From Lewinellaceae bacterium (GTDB taxonomy: Bacteria > Bacteroidota > Bacteroidia > Chitinophagales > Saprospiraceae): a stretch of DNA of 64,000 bases. How positions within the stretch are numbered: the stretch's first letter is position 1; every line of letters starts with the position of its first letter. Of the stretch, positions 54,033 through 62,208 are shown one piece after another. The notes under the pieces are model-generated. The model had not been told where the DNA came from. It was given only the letters and a program-made list of their open reading frames with translations, and did no database searches. The DNA lies in assembly GCA_020636315.1 (NCBI GenBank), contig JACJYA010000017.1, positions 4,762 to 68,761 of the forward strand, in the 5' to 3' direction. Both the position numbers and the translations under genes were made by a program.

Positions 54033-54473
54033 ATGATGAACATACGGGCTTATTCACCTGCTGACAAACCGGCCTGCCTGGCCATCTTCCGGAGCAACCT
54101 CCCGAAGTATTTTGCGCCGGAAGAGCTGCCGCTATTCACCGAATGGCTGGACAAGCCGGGCCTGGAGGATTATTATGTGCTGGAATGGGAGGCCGAAGTG
54201 ATCGGATGCGGCGGTTTCTATGCGTTGCCCGAAAACCGGCAGGCCCAACTGGCCTGGGGCATGATCCACGCAGGCCACCACGGCCGGGGGTTCGGCAGGC
54301 AGCTTACGGCTTACCGCCTGGCCCTTATGCAGAAGCGGTATCCAGGCTATAAGCTTGGGCTGACGACCTCACAGCATACTTTTGGTTTTTACGAAAAGCA
54401 GGGATATGTTGTAAAAGAAGTCATTCCCAATGGTTTTAGCGAAGGTTTGGACAAATACATTATGGAGCAATAA
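54033..54473 (+). CDS. GNAT family N-acetyltransferase
   Basis: 146 aa with the acetyl-CoA binding motif HHGRGFGRQL. Confidence 0.75.
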   Translation: MMNIRAYSPADKPACLAIFRSNLPKYFAPEELPLFTEWLDKPGLEDYYVLEWEAEVIGCGGFYALPENRQAQLAWGMIHAGHHGRGFGRQLTAYRLALMQKRYPGYKLGLTTSQHTFGFYEKQGYVVKEVIPNGFSEGLDKYIMEQ

Positions 54474-54961
54474 TGGGCGTACTGGCACTATTCATGATCG
54501 CAATACTGGCTGCCGGCATTTTTCCGCTGTCCCTGTATCTGGTGCGCACCATGCACCGGGAAAAGCCCCGTGAAGGCCGGACGCTGGACGAGGAGCTCAT
54601 CCACCCCTCCGCCAAAGATGATGGTTTCGAATGGTGGGAAGCCCAGCGGGGCCCTTTCAACCGGGCGCTGCTTTTTGTCGGCATTCTCGTGGTTGCTCTT
54701 TACTATGGCATGATCAGAGGCGGCTTTGGAAAATACCATTTTGCCAGCTTTGAGTTTAGCTGGTGGGGCCTTTTTTTCCAGGCAGTCCTCTACCTCATCT
54801 ATATGGGGATCGCCAACCTGCTGTACAACACCGGCCTGATCGTTGAAAGTATGCGCAAGCCCCTGGCCCCCATGGCTTTCCGACAACAGGCCTACCAACT
54901 GATCTTCTGGGTTGGCGTTGCGGCGCCGTTTGTTTTTCTGCTCGGCCTGGCTTTTCTCTGA
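54473..54961 (+). CDS. hypothetical membrane protein
   Basis: ATG overlaps the GNAT stop (TAATG). Four predicted TM helices. Confidence 0.5.
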   Translation: MGVLALFMIAILAAGIFPLSLYLVRTMHREKPREGRTLDEELIHPSAKDDGFEWWEAQRGPFNRALLFVGILVVALYYGMIRGGFGKYHFASFEFSWWGLFFQAVLYLIYMGIANLLYNTGLIVESMRKPLAPMAFRQQAYQLIFWVGVAAPFVFLLGLAFL

Positions 54962-55040
54962 CCAGGATATCACCGGGAGGAGCATCGTTGTATGGTTAAA
55001 TTGCTATATTGTTGAGGGCACTCCGGAAATCCTCCCAAAG

Positions 55041-55067
55041 GAATGAAGGATTGAATGAATGAATACC
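55041..55067 (+). repeat. tandem tract (TGAATGAN)n
   Basis: GAATGAAGGATTGAATGAATGAATACC. It shares the TTGAATGA...TGAATACC ending with the tract at 12760. Confidence 0.6.
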
Positions 55068-55191
55068 AATGATTTACCCTCTGTTTTTAGTCTCACTATT
55101 TTTGTCCAGATAAGTGGCCGGGCAATTGTAGTTTCACACAGGCTGCTTGGGAATCATGTCTCAAATCTCTTTGTTCATGGGGTTCCGGGCA

Positions 55192-55226
55192 GATTGTTAT
55201 ATGGCTGTATTGTTAGATTGTTATTG
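55192..55226 (+). repeat. tandem octamer tract (TTGTTAKA-like)
   Basis: GATTGTTATATGGCTGTATTGTTAGATTGTTATTG, upstream of rfbD. Confidence 0.65.
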
Positions 55227-55249
55227 TCCACCTGCTTACTTATGTACAA

Positions 55250-56131
55250 ATGCACGAACCTGCTTCCTTCCGCATCCTCATCACCGGCGCCAACGGACAA
55301 CTGGGCCGCGAATTCCGGGAGCTGCAGGGCGGCTTTCCCGCCTTCCGCTTCACCTTCACGGGGCGGGAAGTGCTGGACGTAACACAGGAGAAGGCCATCC
55401 GGGAGTACTTTGCCGCCAATAAATTCGATTATTGTATCAACTGTGCCGCCTATACCGCCGTCGATAAAGCCGAAAGCGAGCCGGAGGCCGCCCGCCTGGG
55501 CAATGTCGATGCCCCACGCTGGCTGGCCGGGGCCTGCGCCCGGCAGGGAATTCCCCTGGTGCACTACTCTACCGACTACGTCTATCACAACCAGCAGAAT
55601 ACGCCTTTCAAAGAAGAAGATACTACTACTCCCCAAAGTGTCTATGCCCGCACCAAACTGGCCGGCGAGGAGGCCGCCCGGAGCGCTAATCCACAAACGG
55701 TTATCCTGCGTACTTCCTGGGTTTATTCTTCGTTCGGGCACAACTTCGTAAGAACCATGCTGCGGCTGGGCAGGGAACGGGACAGCCTCAATGTGGTCTT
55801 CGACCAGGTGGGCACTCCCACCTACGCCCGGGGGCTGGCCCACGCCACCCTGGAGATGATCCGGAAGGTGGAAGAGGGGGAAGTGCCCCGGGACAAGCTG
55901 CAGGGCATTTATCACTACAGCGACGAAGGGGTCTGCAGCTGGTACGATTTTGCGCTGGCCATCTTCGAACTGGCGGGCATCGATTGCAAAGTTGCCCCTA
56001 TAGAGACGAAGGATTTTCCGACAGCGGCGGCGAGGCCGCCTTACAGTGTGCTGAATAAGGGGAAGATCAAGGAGGTTTTTGGGTTGGAGATCCGGCACTG
56101 GCGGGAGGCGCTGAGGGGGATGATCGCTTAG
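55250..56131 (+). CDS. rfbD: dTDP-4-dehydrorhamnose reductase
   Basis: Rossmann motif ILITGANGQLG, plus STDYVY and YARTK (the YxxxK catalytic motif). Confidence 0.9.
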   Translation: MHEPASFRILITGANGQLGREFRELQGGFPAFRFTFTGREVLDVTQEKAIREYFAANKFDYCINCAAYTAVDKAESEPEAARLGNVDAPRWLAGACARQGIPLVHYSTDYVYHNQQNTPFKEEDTTTPQSVYARTKLAGEEAARSANPQTVILRTSWVYSSFGHNFVRTMLRLGRERDSLNVVFDQVGTPTYARGLAHATLEMIRKVEEGEVPRDKLQGIYHYSDEGVCSWYDFALAIFELAGIDCKVAPIETKDFPTAAARPPYSVLNKGKIKEVFGLEIRHWREALRGMIA

Positions 56132-56228
56132 CAGAGGCGCCCCGATAACAGGGTATCTGGCTTGCAATTGTAGGGGATGGAAGTATTTTCCGAAGTAAGT
56201 ATGCAGATATTTACTAGTGGGAAATAGG

Positions 56229-56358
56229 CCGATTGAAGTGTGTATAACAAATTGCACAGTCAGATTATGAAAGGCTTAGCAATCCCTTCGCTTTGCTGCG
56301 GGCTTACCAATCCACTACCCAAGCAAAAAGTGCAATTTGTTATACACACCCGATTGAA
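56229..56358. mobile_element. 112-bp MITE with perfect 20-bp TIRs and 9-bp target-site duplication
   Basis: TIRs are GTGTGTATAACAAATTGCAC (56238-56257) and GTGCAATTTGTTATACACAC (56330-56349). The direct repeat CCGATTGAA lies immediately outside both ends (56229-56237 and 56350-56358). Confidence 0.75.
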
Positions 56359-56376
56359 TAATTATTACAGAAACCT

Positions 56377-56384
56377 TAACTTTG
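56377..56384 (+). promoter_or_regulatory. Bacteroidota -7 promoter box for vapBC
   Basis: TAACTTTG, 58 nt upstream of ATG 56442 and just outside the 112-bp MITE. Confidence 0.4.
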
Positions 56385-56441
56385 GTTCAATCTTGAAACA
56401 AAAATGGTTCAAATACGGTTTTTCTTCAAAAGGGCCTGCAG

Positions 56442-56693
56442 ATGAAGTCTCTCACAATACATAATATGGACGCTGACCTGGCTAAGGCCATTGAAGAACT
56501 TGCCCGGTCCACCGGCCTTAGTCAGAATAAGGTAGTCAAAAAATTACTCCGCAGGGCACTGAATCTATCTGAACAGGATGTGCCTAAAAGAGATGTGTCG
56601 GCTTTTTTTGGCGTTTGGCCCAAGGAAGAAGCTGACGGCTTCAATGAAGCCATAAAGATCTTTGATGATATTGATGAGGAGATGTGGCAATGA
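56442..56693 (+). CDS. vapB: ribbon-helix-helix type antitoxin
   Basis: 83 aa. The N-terminus LTIHNMDADLAKAIEELAR is RHH-like. Its stop overlaps the PIN gene start (ATGA). Confidence 0.65.
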   Translation: MKSLTIHNMDADLAKAIEELARSTGLSQNKVVKKLLRRALNLSEQDVPKRDVSAFFGVWPKEEADGFNEAIKIFDDIDEEMWQ

Positions 56694-57088
56694 AAAAGAT
56701 CACTCTGGACACCAATGCATATTCCGCTTTAAATCGGGGCATTTTATCAGTTAAACAGGCTATTGAGCATGCCGATGACATATTCATTCCCATTTTTGTA
56801 TATGCTGAATTGCTATTTGGGTTCACGAAAGGCAACCGTGAAAGTGAAAATAAAGCTTTGTTCAGCAACTTCATGAAGCTCCCTGGAGTATCATTCCACT
56901 ATCCTACTGATGAGACAGCCCGGATATTTGCAAGTATTATTCTTGACTTGAAACGAAAAGGCACCCCTATACCTACCCACGATATCTGGATTGCAGCTTC
57001 TGCTGTTGAAACGGGTAGCGTAATTGTCACCCTTGACAAACACTTTCTTCACATCAGCGAGGCGAGGGCCTGGGAGGAATTGAAGTGA
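56690..57088 (+). CDS. vapC: PIN-domain toxin VapC
   Basis: ITLDTNAY, AELLFG and HDIWIAASAV are PIN acidic-residue contexts. Confidence 0.8.
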   Translation: MKKITLDTNAYSALNRGILSVKQAIEHADDIFIPIFVYAELLFGFTKGNRESENKALFSNFMKLPGVSFHYPTDETARIFASIILDLKRKGTPIPTHDIWIAASAVETGSVIVTLDKHFLHISEARAWEELK

Positions 57089-57105
57089 ACCCGCTCCAAA
57101 GCAAA

Positions 57106-57162
57106 CCGCCGCCTCTCCTTTCAGCAGGAAGGGGCGGCGGCGCTAAAGAGCGTTAGCCTTTT
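57106..57162 (+). terminator. candidate terminator after vapC
   Basis: CCGCCGCC...GGCGGCGG hairpin, then CGCT-AAAG-AGCG and TTAGCCTTTTT. Confidence 0.4.
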
Positions 57163-57186
57163 TCATTGGTTTTTTGGGGAAAAATT

Positions 57187-57206
57187 GTGCAATGAATTCG
57201 TTATAC
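57187..57206 (+). repeat. degenerate copy of the 112-bp MITE right TIR
   Basis: AAAAATTGTGCAATGAATTCGTTATAC compared with the MITE right end AAAAAGTGCAATTTGTTATAC. It lies downstream of vapC. Confidence 0.3.
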
Positions 57207-57384
57207 CTTCCAAAATTAAGCCAATGTATGCACAAAAGGAGGCGCCTTTCCACGAATTGGCGCTTTCGGTTAACGAACTCCGGTTTTGAAGTAACGAAAC
57301 CGGGCACAGGGGCATAAGCCTCTACCTGCCTGGTTGCCGCCCCGGATTATGAGCCTGGAAAAAATGCTTTGGCAATACCGCCCG

Positions 57385-57738
57385 TTATTTATCCTTCACC
57401 AAAAGGATCTCTTCAATCGTGCCCGCCCTGTTCATACGAAAAACAAGGGTGTCATTCTGCAGTTTAGCGATCTTTACTTTCTTTTCCGCTTTTCCGTCTT
57501 CCCGGGTATGCAAATTCTCTCCGGAGATCCAATATCTGCCCTTTTCGGAGGACATGCCCGAAGTGGCCTCATACCGGCCGTCTTCCTCAAAAGAAAAGGT
57601 TACCGGTGAATCAATGATCTTTTGGTTCGTCACATCTTTCCATTCCACTCCCTTCCACTTACCGGCCAATTGATCTTCATTGTATTTGCCCGCACATCCG
57701 GCAAGAACGGCGAGTACCAGCACTATTAGCTTTTTCAT
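57385..57738 (-). CDS. small lipocalin-like lipoprotein
   Basis: Lipobox LAGC. GKWKGVEW...FSFEEDGRY...LVFRMN resembles lipocalin-like lipoproteins. Confidence 0.6.
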   Translation of the reverse strand: MKKLIVLVLAVLAGCAGKYNEDQLAGKWKGVEWKDVTNQKIIDSPVTFSFEEDGRYEATSGMSSEKGRYWISGENLHTREDGKAEKKVKIAKLQNDTLVFRMNRAGTIEEILLVKDK

Positions 57739-57881
57739 CGGCTTGTTTTTGTGATTTTACATTTTTATTCCTGGTAAGTGGGCGGACAGATTTGTTAAGT
57801 TATGATAATTCAAGCGCTAATGGAACACGAGCGAAGCGACTGATGGAATGAAATGGAATAAATTAGTGCTTGAAGGCCATC

Positions 57882-57912
57882 TTTAAGCGGCAATTTCCCA
57901 TTGCCGCTTAAA
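57882..57912. other. 13-bp perfect-stem hairpin in a divergent intergenic region
   Basis: TTTAAGCGGCAAT-TTCCC-ATTGCCGCTTAAA. Confidence 0.5.
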
Positions 57913-58075
57913 TTTGAGGCCTTTAATACTCAATATAAATGTGTCCGGCCACTTATAGCTTCTAAAATAGGCTTTTTTCCCGCTTTCCCATCGGAGTAGA
58001 GTGGGTTAAACTGCAATAGTCCGGATATATGCAACTTTCTGCCCCTCATCGTATCTTTACCCTAAAAGCCCGATT

Positions 58076-59734
58076 ATGAAAAACCTGACTTTACTCTTTC
58101 TTGCTCTTATGTTCATTTCCAGCCTCCATGCCCAGGACGGCCTCTCCCCTGCCGACTGGCAGGCCGACCTGCGGTTCCTGCAGGAAACCGTGCACAAAGA
58201 TTACCCCTTTCTCTTCAAGAAGATCACCTCCGAACAGTTCGATGCGGAGGTGGAAAAGCTCTACCAGGAAATTCCCGGACTGGAGGAACACGAGATCTTT
58301 GCCGGCCTGGCGCGCATTGTCTCCTCCTTTCAGTACGGGCATACCTCCGTCGGCTTCCGGGAAGCTCCGGTGAAAAACCACCGGCTGCCCCTCAACCTCT
58401 ACTGGTTCAGCGACGGGGTTTACATTGAAGGCATTCACAAGGACTACGAACGCGCCCTGGGAGCAAAGGTCCTGGAAGTGGAAGGCGTGCCGGTGGAAAA
58501 GGCCCTGGCCGCCATCCGGCCGATAGTCCCGGCGGAAAACGATCAGTATTTCAAAGGGTATGGGCTGAATTTCCTGAACGTCCCGGAAGTGCTGCACGCT
58601 CAGGGAGTGATCAAAGAACTGAAGAACACCATCACCTTTACCCTGGAAAAGGACGGCAAAGTATTTGAGCAGGCCATTTCCGCCGTGGAAGCTCACGGCC
58701 ACCACCATTCCCCCACCCACTACGGCTTTTCCAAAACGGAAGGGGAATGGCTCGGTTCCCGGGACGAAAAGGCCACCCCTTATTACCTGAAAAACCTGGA
58801 TAAAATCTATTACTTCGAATATCTGCCGGAGCACAAAACCGTTTACGTCCGCCACAGCCAGATACAGGACGATCCCGGGGAGGCCATCCCGGACTTCTAC
58901 GAGCGGGTGTTCGACTTCATCGAAAAGAACGACGTCGAGCGCCTGGTGCTGGATGTGCGCCTCAACGGAGGCGGCAACAACTACAAGAACAAGCCCATCG
59001 TCACCGGCATCATCCGCACGGAGAAGATCAACCAGCCCGGCAAGCTCTTCGTGATCATCGGGCGGCGCACCTTCTCCGCCTGCCAGAACCTGGTCAATGA
59101 GCTGGACAACTACACCAACGCCATCTTCGTCGGCGAACCAACGGCCGAGAACATCAACTTCTACGGCGATAACAACCGCATCGAGCTGCCCCACACCAAG
59201 GCGCCCGTCTATCTGTCCTTCGCCTGGTGGCAGGACAAGCCCCAGTGGGAGAACGGCCCCTGGCTGGCGCCCCAGATCGCCGTTGACATGAGCTTCGACG
59301 ACTACCGCTCCAACCGGGACCCGGCGCTGGACGCCGCCCTGAACTTCTCCAGTGACAACTTCATCCTGGACCCCATGGGGTACTTCAAAGAACTGTTCAT
59401 GGCCGGCAAGCTGGAAAAGCTGGAATCCGAAGCTGTTAGGATGGTTAATGACCCGGTTTACCGCTTTTTTGACTTTGAAACGGAGTTCAACAACACCGGC
59501 TACCAGTTGATGAACATCAATCAACTGGAACCCGCCCTTATGGTGTTCCAGCTCAACACCAGGCTGTTCCCCGATTCCGCCAACGCCTGGGACAGCCTCG
59601 CGGAGGCCAACTGGAAGGCCGGCAACACCGAAAAGGCCATTGAATACTACTCCAAAGCCATCGAGATGGACCCCGAAGGAGGCGTCGGGGCGAATGCCAG
59701 GGCGATGCTGAAGAAGGTGAAGGAGGGGCGGTGA
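58076..59734 (+). CDS. S41-like peptidase family protein with C-terminal TPR-like region
   Basis: Signal peptide. LVLDVRLNGGGN and GRRTFSACQNL resemble the S41 catalytic Ser region. C-terminal TPR-like segment AWDSLAEANWKAGNTEKAIEYYSKAIEMDP. Confidence 0.65.
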   Translation: MKNLTLLFLALMFISSLHAQDGLSPADWQADLRFLQETVHKDYPFLFKKITSEQFDAEVEKLYQEIPGLEEHEIFAGLARIVSSFQYGHTSVGFREAPVKNHRLPLNLYWFSDGVYIEGIHKDYERALGAKVLEVEGVPVEKALAAIRPIVPAENDQYFKGYGLNFLNVPEVLHAQGVIKELKNTITFTLEKDGKVFEQAISAVEAHGHHHSPTHYGFSKTEGEWLGSRDEKATPYYLKNLDKIYYFEYLPEHKTVYVRHSQIQDDPGEAIPDFYERVFDFIEKNDVERLVLDVRLNGGGNNYKNKPIVTGIIRTEKINQPGKLFVIIGRRTFSACQNLVNELDNYTNAIFVGEPTAENINFYGDNNRIELPHTKAPVYLSFAWWQDKPQWENGPWLAPQIAVDMSFDDYRSNRDPALDAALNFSSDNFILDPMGYFKELFMAGKLEKLESEAVRMVNDPVYRFFDFETEFNNTGYQLMNINQLEPALMVFQLNTRLFPDSANAWDSLAEANWKAGNTEKAIEYYSKAIEMDPEGGVGANARAMLKKVKEGR

Positions 59735-59801
59735 GCGTAACTGGACACTTTCAGGCTCAGGTGCCTCGGAAGCGTAGCGCTTGTAAGCTACTCTGGATGA
59801 A

Positions 59802-60101
59802 TTGGTTATATTGTTTTCTGGGGGCAGCCGGCCAGGGGGTAGCAGTATCGGGCGCCAATTTACTATTGGCGTGCGATTTGTCCTGTCAAAGAAACTGGAT
59901 AACATCGCCGGTTGTTTAATAGCATATGCCTGTTCGATCGCATTTAAAAGAGGATATGGAGGTTTTGTTTCCTTGTTGCCCAAAACCAAACTGATCGATC
60001 TGTACCAGGGAAAATACGGGTTCCGGCAGTATGGAAGGCTACTGGCAGTCGAATATGAGCGTTCAAAATATTTGGCCGACAAATATCTGGGTGATGAATA
60101 A
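59802..60101 (+). pseudogene. 5'-truncated GNAT-like acetyltransferase remnant
   Basis: Only the C-terminal ~70 aa (CLIAYACSIAFKRGYGGFVSLLPKTKLIDLYQGKYGF) resemble a ~160-aa Bacteroidota acetyltransferase family. No in-frame ATG. The upstream sequence is repeats. Confidence 0.4.
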
Positions 60102-60633
60102 GTACGAAAAGATCTATAAAGAATTGAGAAAACAATTTTCCGACGAGGAGATTGTCGAAAGATACGTATTTCCCGACGATCTCAGCGAACAGGAAAGGAA
60201 AGAGATTGAAGATGAGTTCCGGAAACTGAGGCTAAAGACGCTTAAAGAGAGAACGGAGAAACAGCGCTTACTGTCAGAATTGATGCGGATGAAACTGCTG
60301 GTAAAGGATTATCTCGAAAGAAGCCACTTCGAAGAGGAGTTTTCTTTTCCGAATCAACTGGAACAATACATCAGGATACTCGGCCGCAGCAAAAAGGATT
60401 TTGCCGGCGAGATCGGCTTACACCCCACCAAACTGAGCAGGCTGCTGACCGGCCGGGAGAATCCCAACGTCGAACTGGCCTACCGGCTGGAAAAACACTG
60501 CGGCAACATCATTCCGGCGATCTACTGGTGGAAACTGCACGCTAAAAAGCTGGAGGAAGAGATCAAAACGGATGAGGAGACGAGGAGGGTGGAAAGGGAA
60601 AAGGTGAAGAATGATTTGCAGTTCAGGGCGTGA
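60094..60633 (+). CDS. XRE/HigA-like helix-turn-helix protein
   Basis: Start at MNKYEK, overlapping the remnant's stop by 8 nt. HTH segment KKDFAGEIGLHPTKLSRLLTGRENPN. Confidence 0.7.
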   Translation: MNKYEKIYKELRKQFSDEEIVERYVFPDDLSEQERKEIEDEFRKLRLKTLKERTEKQRLLSELMRMKLLVKDYLERSHFEEEFSFPNQLEQYIRILGRSKKDFAGEIGLHPTKLSRLLTGRENPNVELAYRLEKHCGNIIPAIYWWKLHAKKLEEEIKTDEETRRVEREKVKNDLQFRA

Positions 60634-60793
60634 GGGAAGGGGAAGTTGGAGCGGCAGAACCTTCGCCGTCCAGGGGCTACCAACACTGCCGCTCCGGGCC
60701 CGGTGAAGCCTGGCAAAATGCCTGATCCAACAGAGCCATTTCTGCCCATACGGGACGGGGCAAACACCTGTTCGAAGGAGCCATCCGGCCTTC

Positions 60794-61183
60794 CTATGAG
60801 CTGCGGGCCAGGCGGAAGCCGACATTGTTGTTGCGGTTCGCCGGGTTCCAGTTGTTGCGACAGGCGGCGCGGCAATTCTGCGGATTGCTGTTCCAATTGC
60901 CGCCGCGGTTCACGCGGTAAGAGCCCTGATCAGGCCCTCCAGGATTATCCTCAGGCGAAGACTGGTAATAATCGCCGGCAAACCAGTCCCAGCACCATTC
61001 GTAAACATTTCCGCTCATATCGTGCAGGCCCAGTTCGTTCGGTTGCTTCTCTCCCACCGGGTGCGTTTTCGAGCCGGATTCAAAATGAGTTTTTGCTTGA
61101 AATGACAAACGGATGAAGCCCCTCACCATACACAATATGGACCCCGACTGTAATCCAAGCAAGCCGCCGGTATAAGTTTTCAT
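60794..61183 (-). pseudogene. C-terminal fragment of a formylglycine-generating-enzyme (SUMF1) family protein
   Basis: GLHDMSGNVYEWCWDW, RVNRGGNW and VGFRLARS are the last ~100 aa of the FGE-sulfatase domain. The N-terminal half is absent, and the longest ORF would overlap the next gene's start. Confidence 0.5.
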
Positions 61184-61204
61184 TTCTTGCATCTCCGACA
61201 AACA

Positions 61205-61249
61205 CTGCCGGGTTAGAGCTTGTTTGCAGGCCAACTGAAAACCCGGCAG
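61205..61249 (+). repeat. second copy of the CTGCCGGGTT/AACCCGGCAG hairpin
   Basis: CTGCCGGGTT (61205-61214) pairs with AACCCGGCAG (61240-61249), followed by GTTG as in the first copy. The loop sequence is unrelated. Confidence 0.6.
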
Positions 61250-61271
61250 GTTGTTATCTTTACCAAAAAAC

Positions 61272-62045
61272 ATGTCCACTCCTGCCCTCATTCTCACCCT
61301 CCTCCTCCTGGCCTTCCTCTTCTGGCTGGGGTGGTACTGGTTTTTCCGCCGCCGCCGCGTACGGCCGCTGACGAAGGAGCAGGAGGCGCTGCTTGAACGG
61401 CAGGTTGATTTCTACCGGCGGCTATCCGCAGAGGACAAAAAGCGCTTTGAACAAAGCATCTCCCATTTTCTAGAGGACGTGGCCATCACCGGGGTGGAAA
61501 CGGAGGTGACGGCCGCCGACCGCCTGCTGGTGGCCGCCAGCGCCGTGATCCCGCTGTTCGGCTTCCCGGGCTGGAGCTACCGCAACCTCAACGAGGTGCT
61601 GCTCTACCCCGACACTTTTGATGAAGAGTATCAGGTGAAGGCCGCCCAGCGCAACATCATCGGGATGGTGGGCAGCGGCGCCATGAACCGCATGATGATC
61701 CTCTCTCAGCCGGCGTTGCGGGAGAGCTTCAGCCACCCCGAAAGGCGGCACAACGTCGGCATCCACGAATTCATCCACCTGCTGGACAAGGCCGACGGCT
61801 CCACCGACGGCATTCCGGAGGTGCTCATCCCTCACGAATACGTGGTGCCCTGGCTAAGGATGATGCACCACGAAATAAAAGAGATCAAAGACGATGATTC
61901 GGATATCAATCCCTACGGGGCCACCAACGAGGCGGAGTTCCTCAGCGTCGCCGCCGAATATTTCTTCTCCCAGCCCGGGAAGTTCGAACGCAAACACCCG
62001 GAATTGTATGAAATGATGAGTAAGATCTTCCGGCAGGAGCCGTAG
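61272..62045 (+). CDS. MtfA-like (peptidase M90) zinc metallopeptidase with N-terminal TM anchor
   Basis: Start at MSTPALILTLLLLAFLFWLGWYWFF. HEXXH motif HEFIHLLD. EAEFLSVAAEYFF is typical of M90. Confidence 0.75.
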   Translation: MSTPALILTLLLLAFLFWLGWYWFFRRRRVRPLTKEQEALLERQVDFYRRLSAEDKKRFEQSISHFLEDVAITGVETEVTAADRLLVAASAVIPLFGFPGWSYRNLNEVLLYPDTFDEEYQVKAAQRNIIGMVGSGAMNRMMILSQPALRESFSHPERRHNVGIHEFIHLLDKADGSTDGIPEVLIPHEYVVPWLRMMHHEIKEIKDDDSDINPYGATNEAEFLSVAAEYFFSQPGKFERKHPELYEMMSKIFRQEP

Positions 62046-62054
62046 GGGGATGAG

Positions 62055-62112
62055 GGGTTTCTGGTTTCTGGGTTTCTGGGGTTTCTGGGGTTTCTGGGTT
62101 TCTGGGTTTCTG
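62055..62112 (+). repeat. tandem heptamer/octamer array (GGKTTTCT)n
   Basis: Seven consecutive GTTTCTG(G)(G) units starting 10 nt after the M90 peptidase stop. Confidence 0.8.
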
Positions 62113-62137
62113 CCCCCCTGATAAACTGGCCTCCGTT

Positions 62138-62198
62138 CACCTAAGCACCTTTACACTTTACACCTTTACACCTTTTACACTTTTACACCTTACACACT
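62138..62198 (-). repeat. tandem array (GTGTAAAR)n
   Basis: The plus strand reads CACCTAAGCACCTTTACACTTTACACCTTTACACCTTTTACACTTTTACACCTTACACAC. It ends 10 nt before the SET-gene ATG. Confidence 0.75.
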
Positions 62199-62208
62199 TT
62201 TTCGCCAC

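Noticed and set aside
47763-57400. Possibility that the rfbC-rfbD interval is an integrated mobile genetic element or prophage remnant.
   Set aside because: There is no integrase, transposase, phage structural gene, tRNA attachment site or long flanking direct repeat. It is reported only as a mosaic or hotspot.
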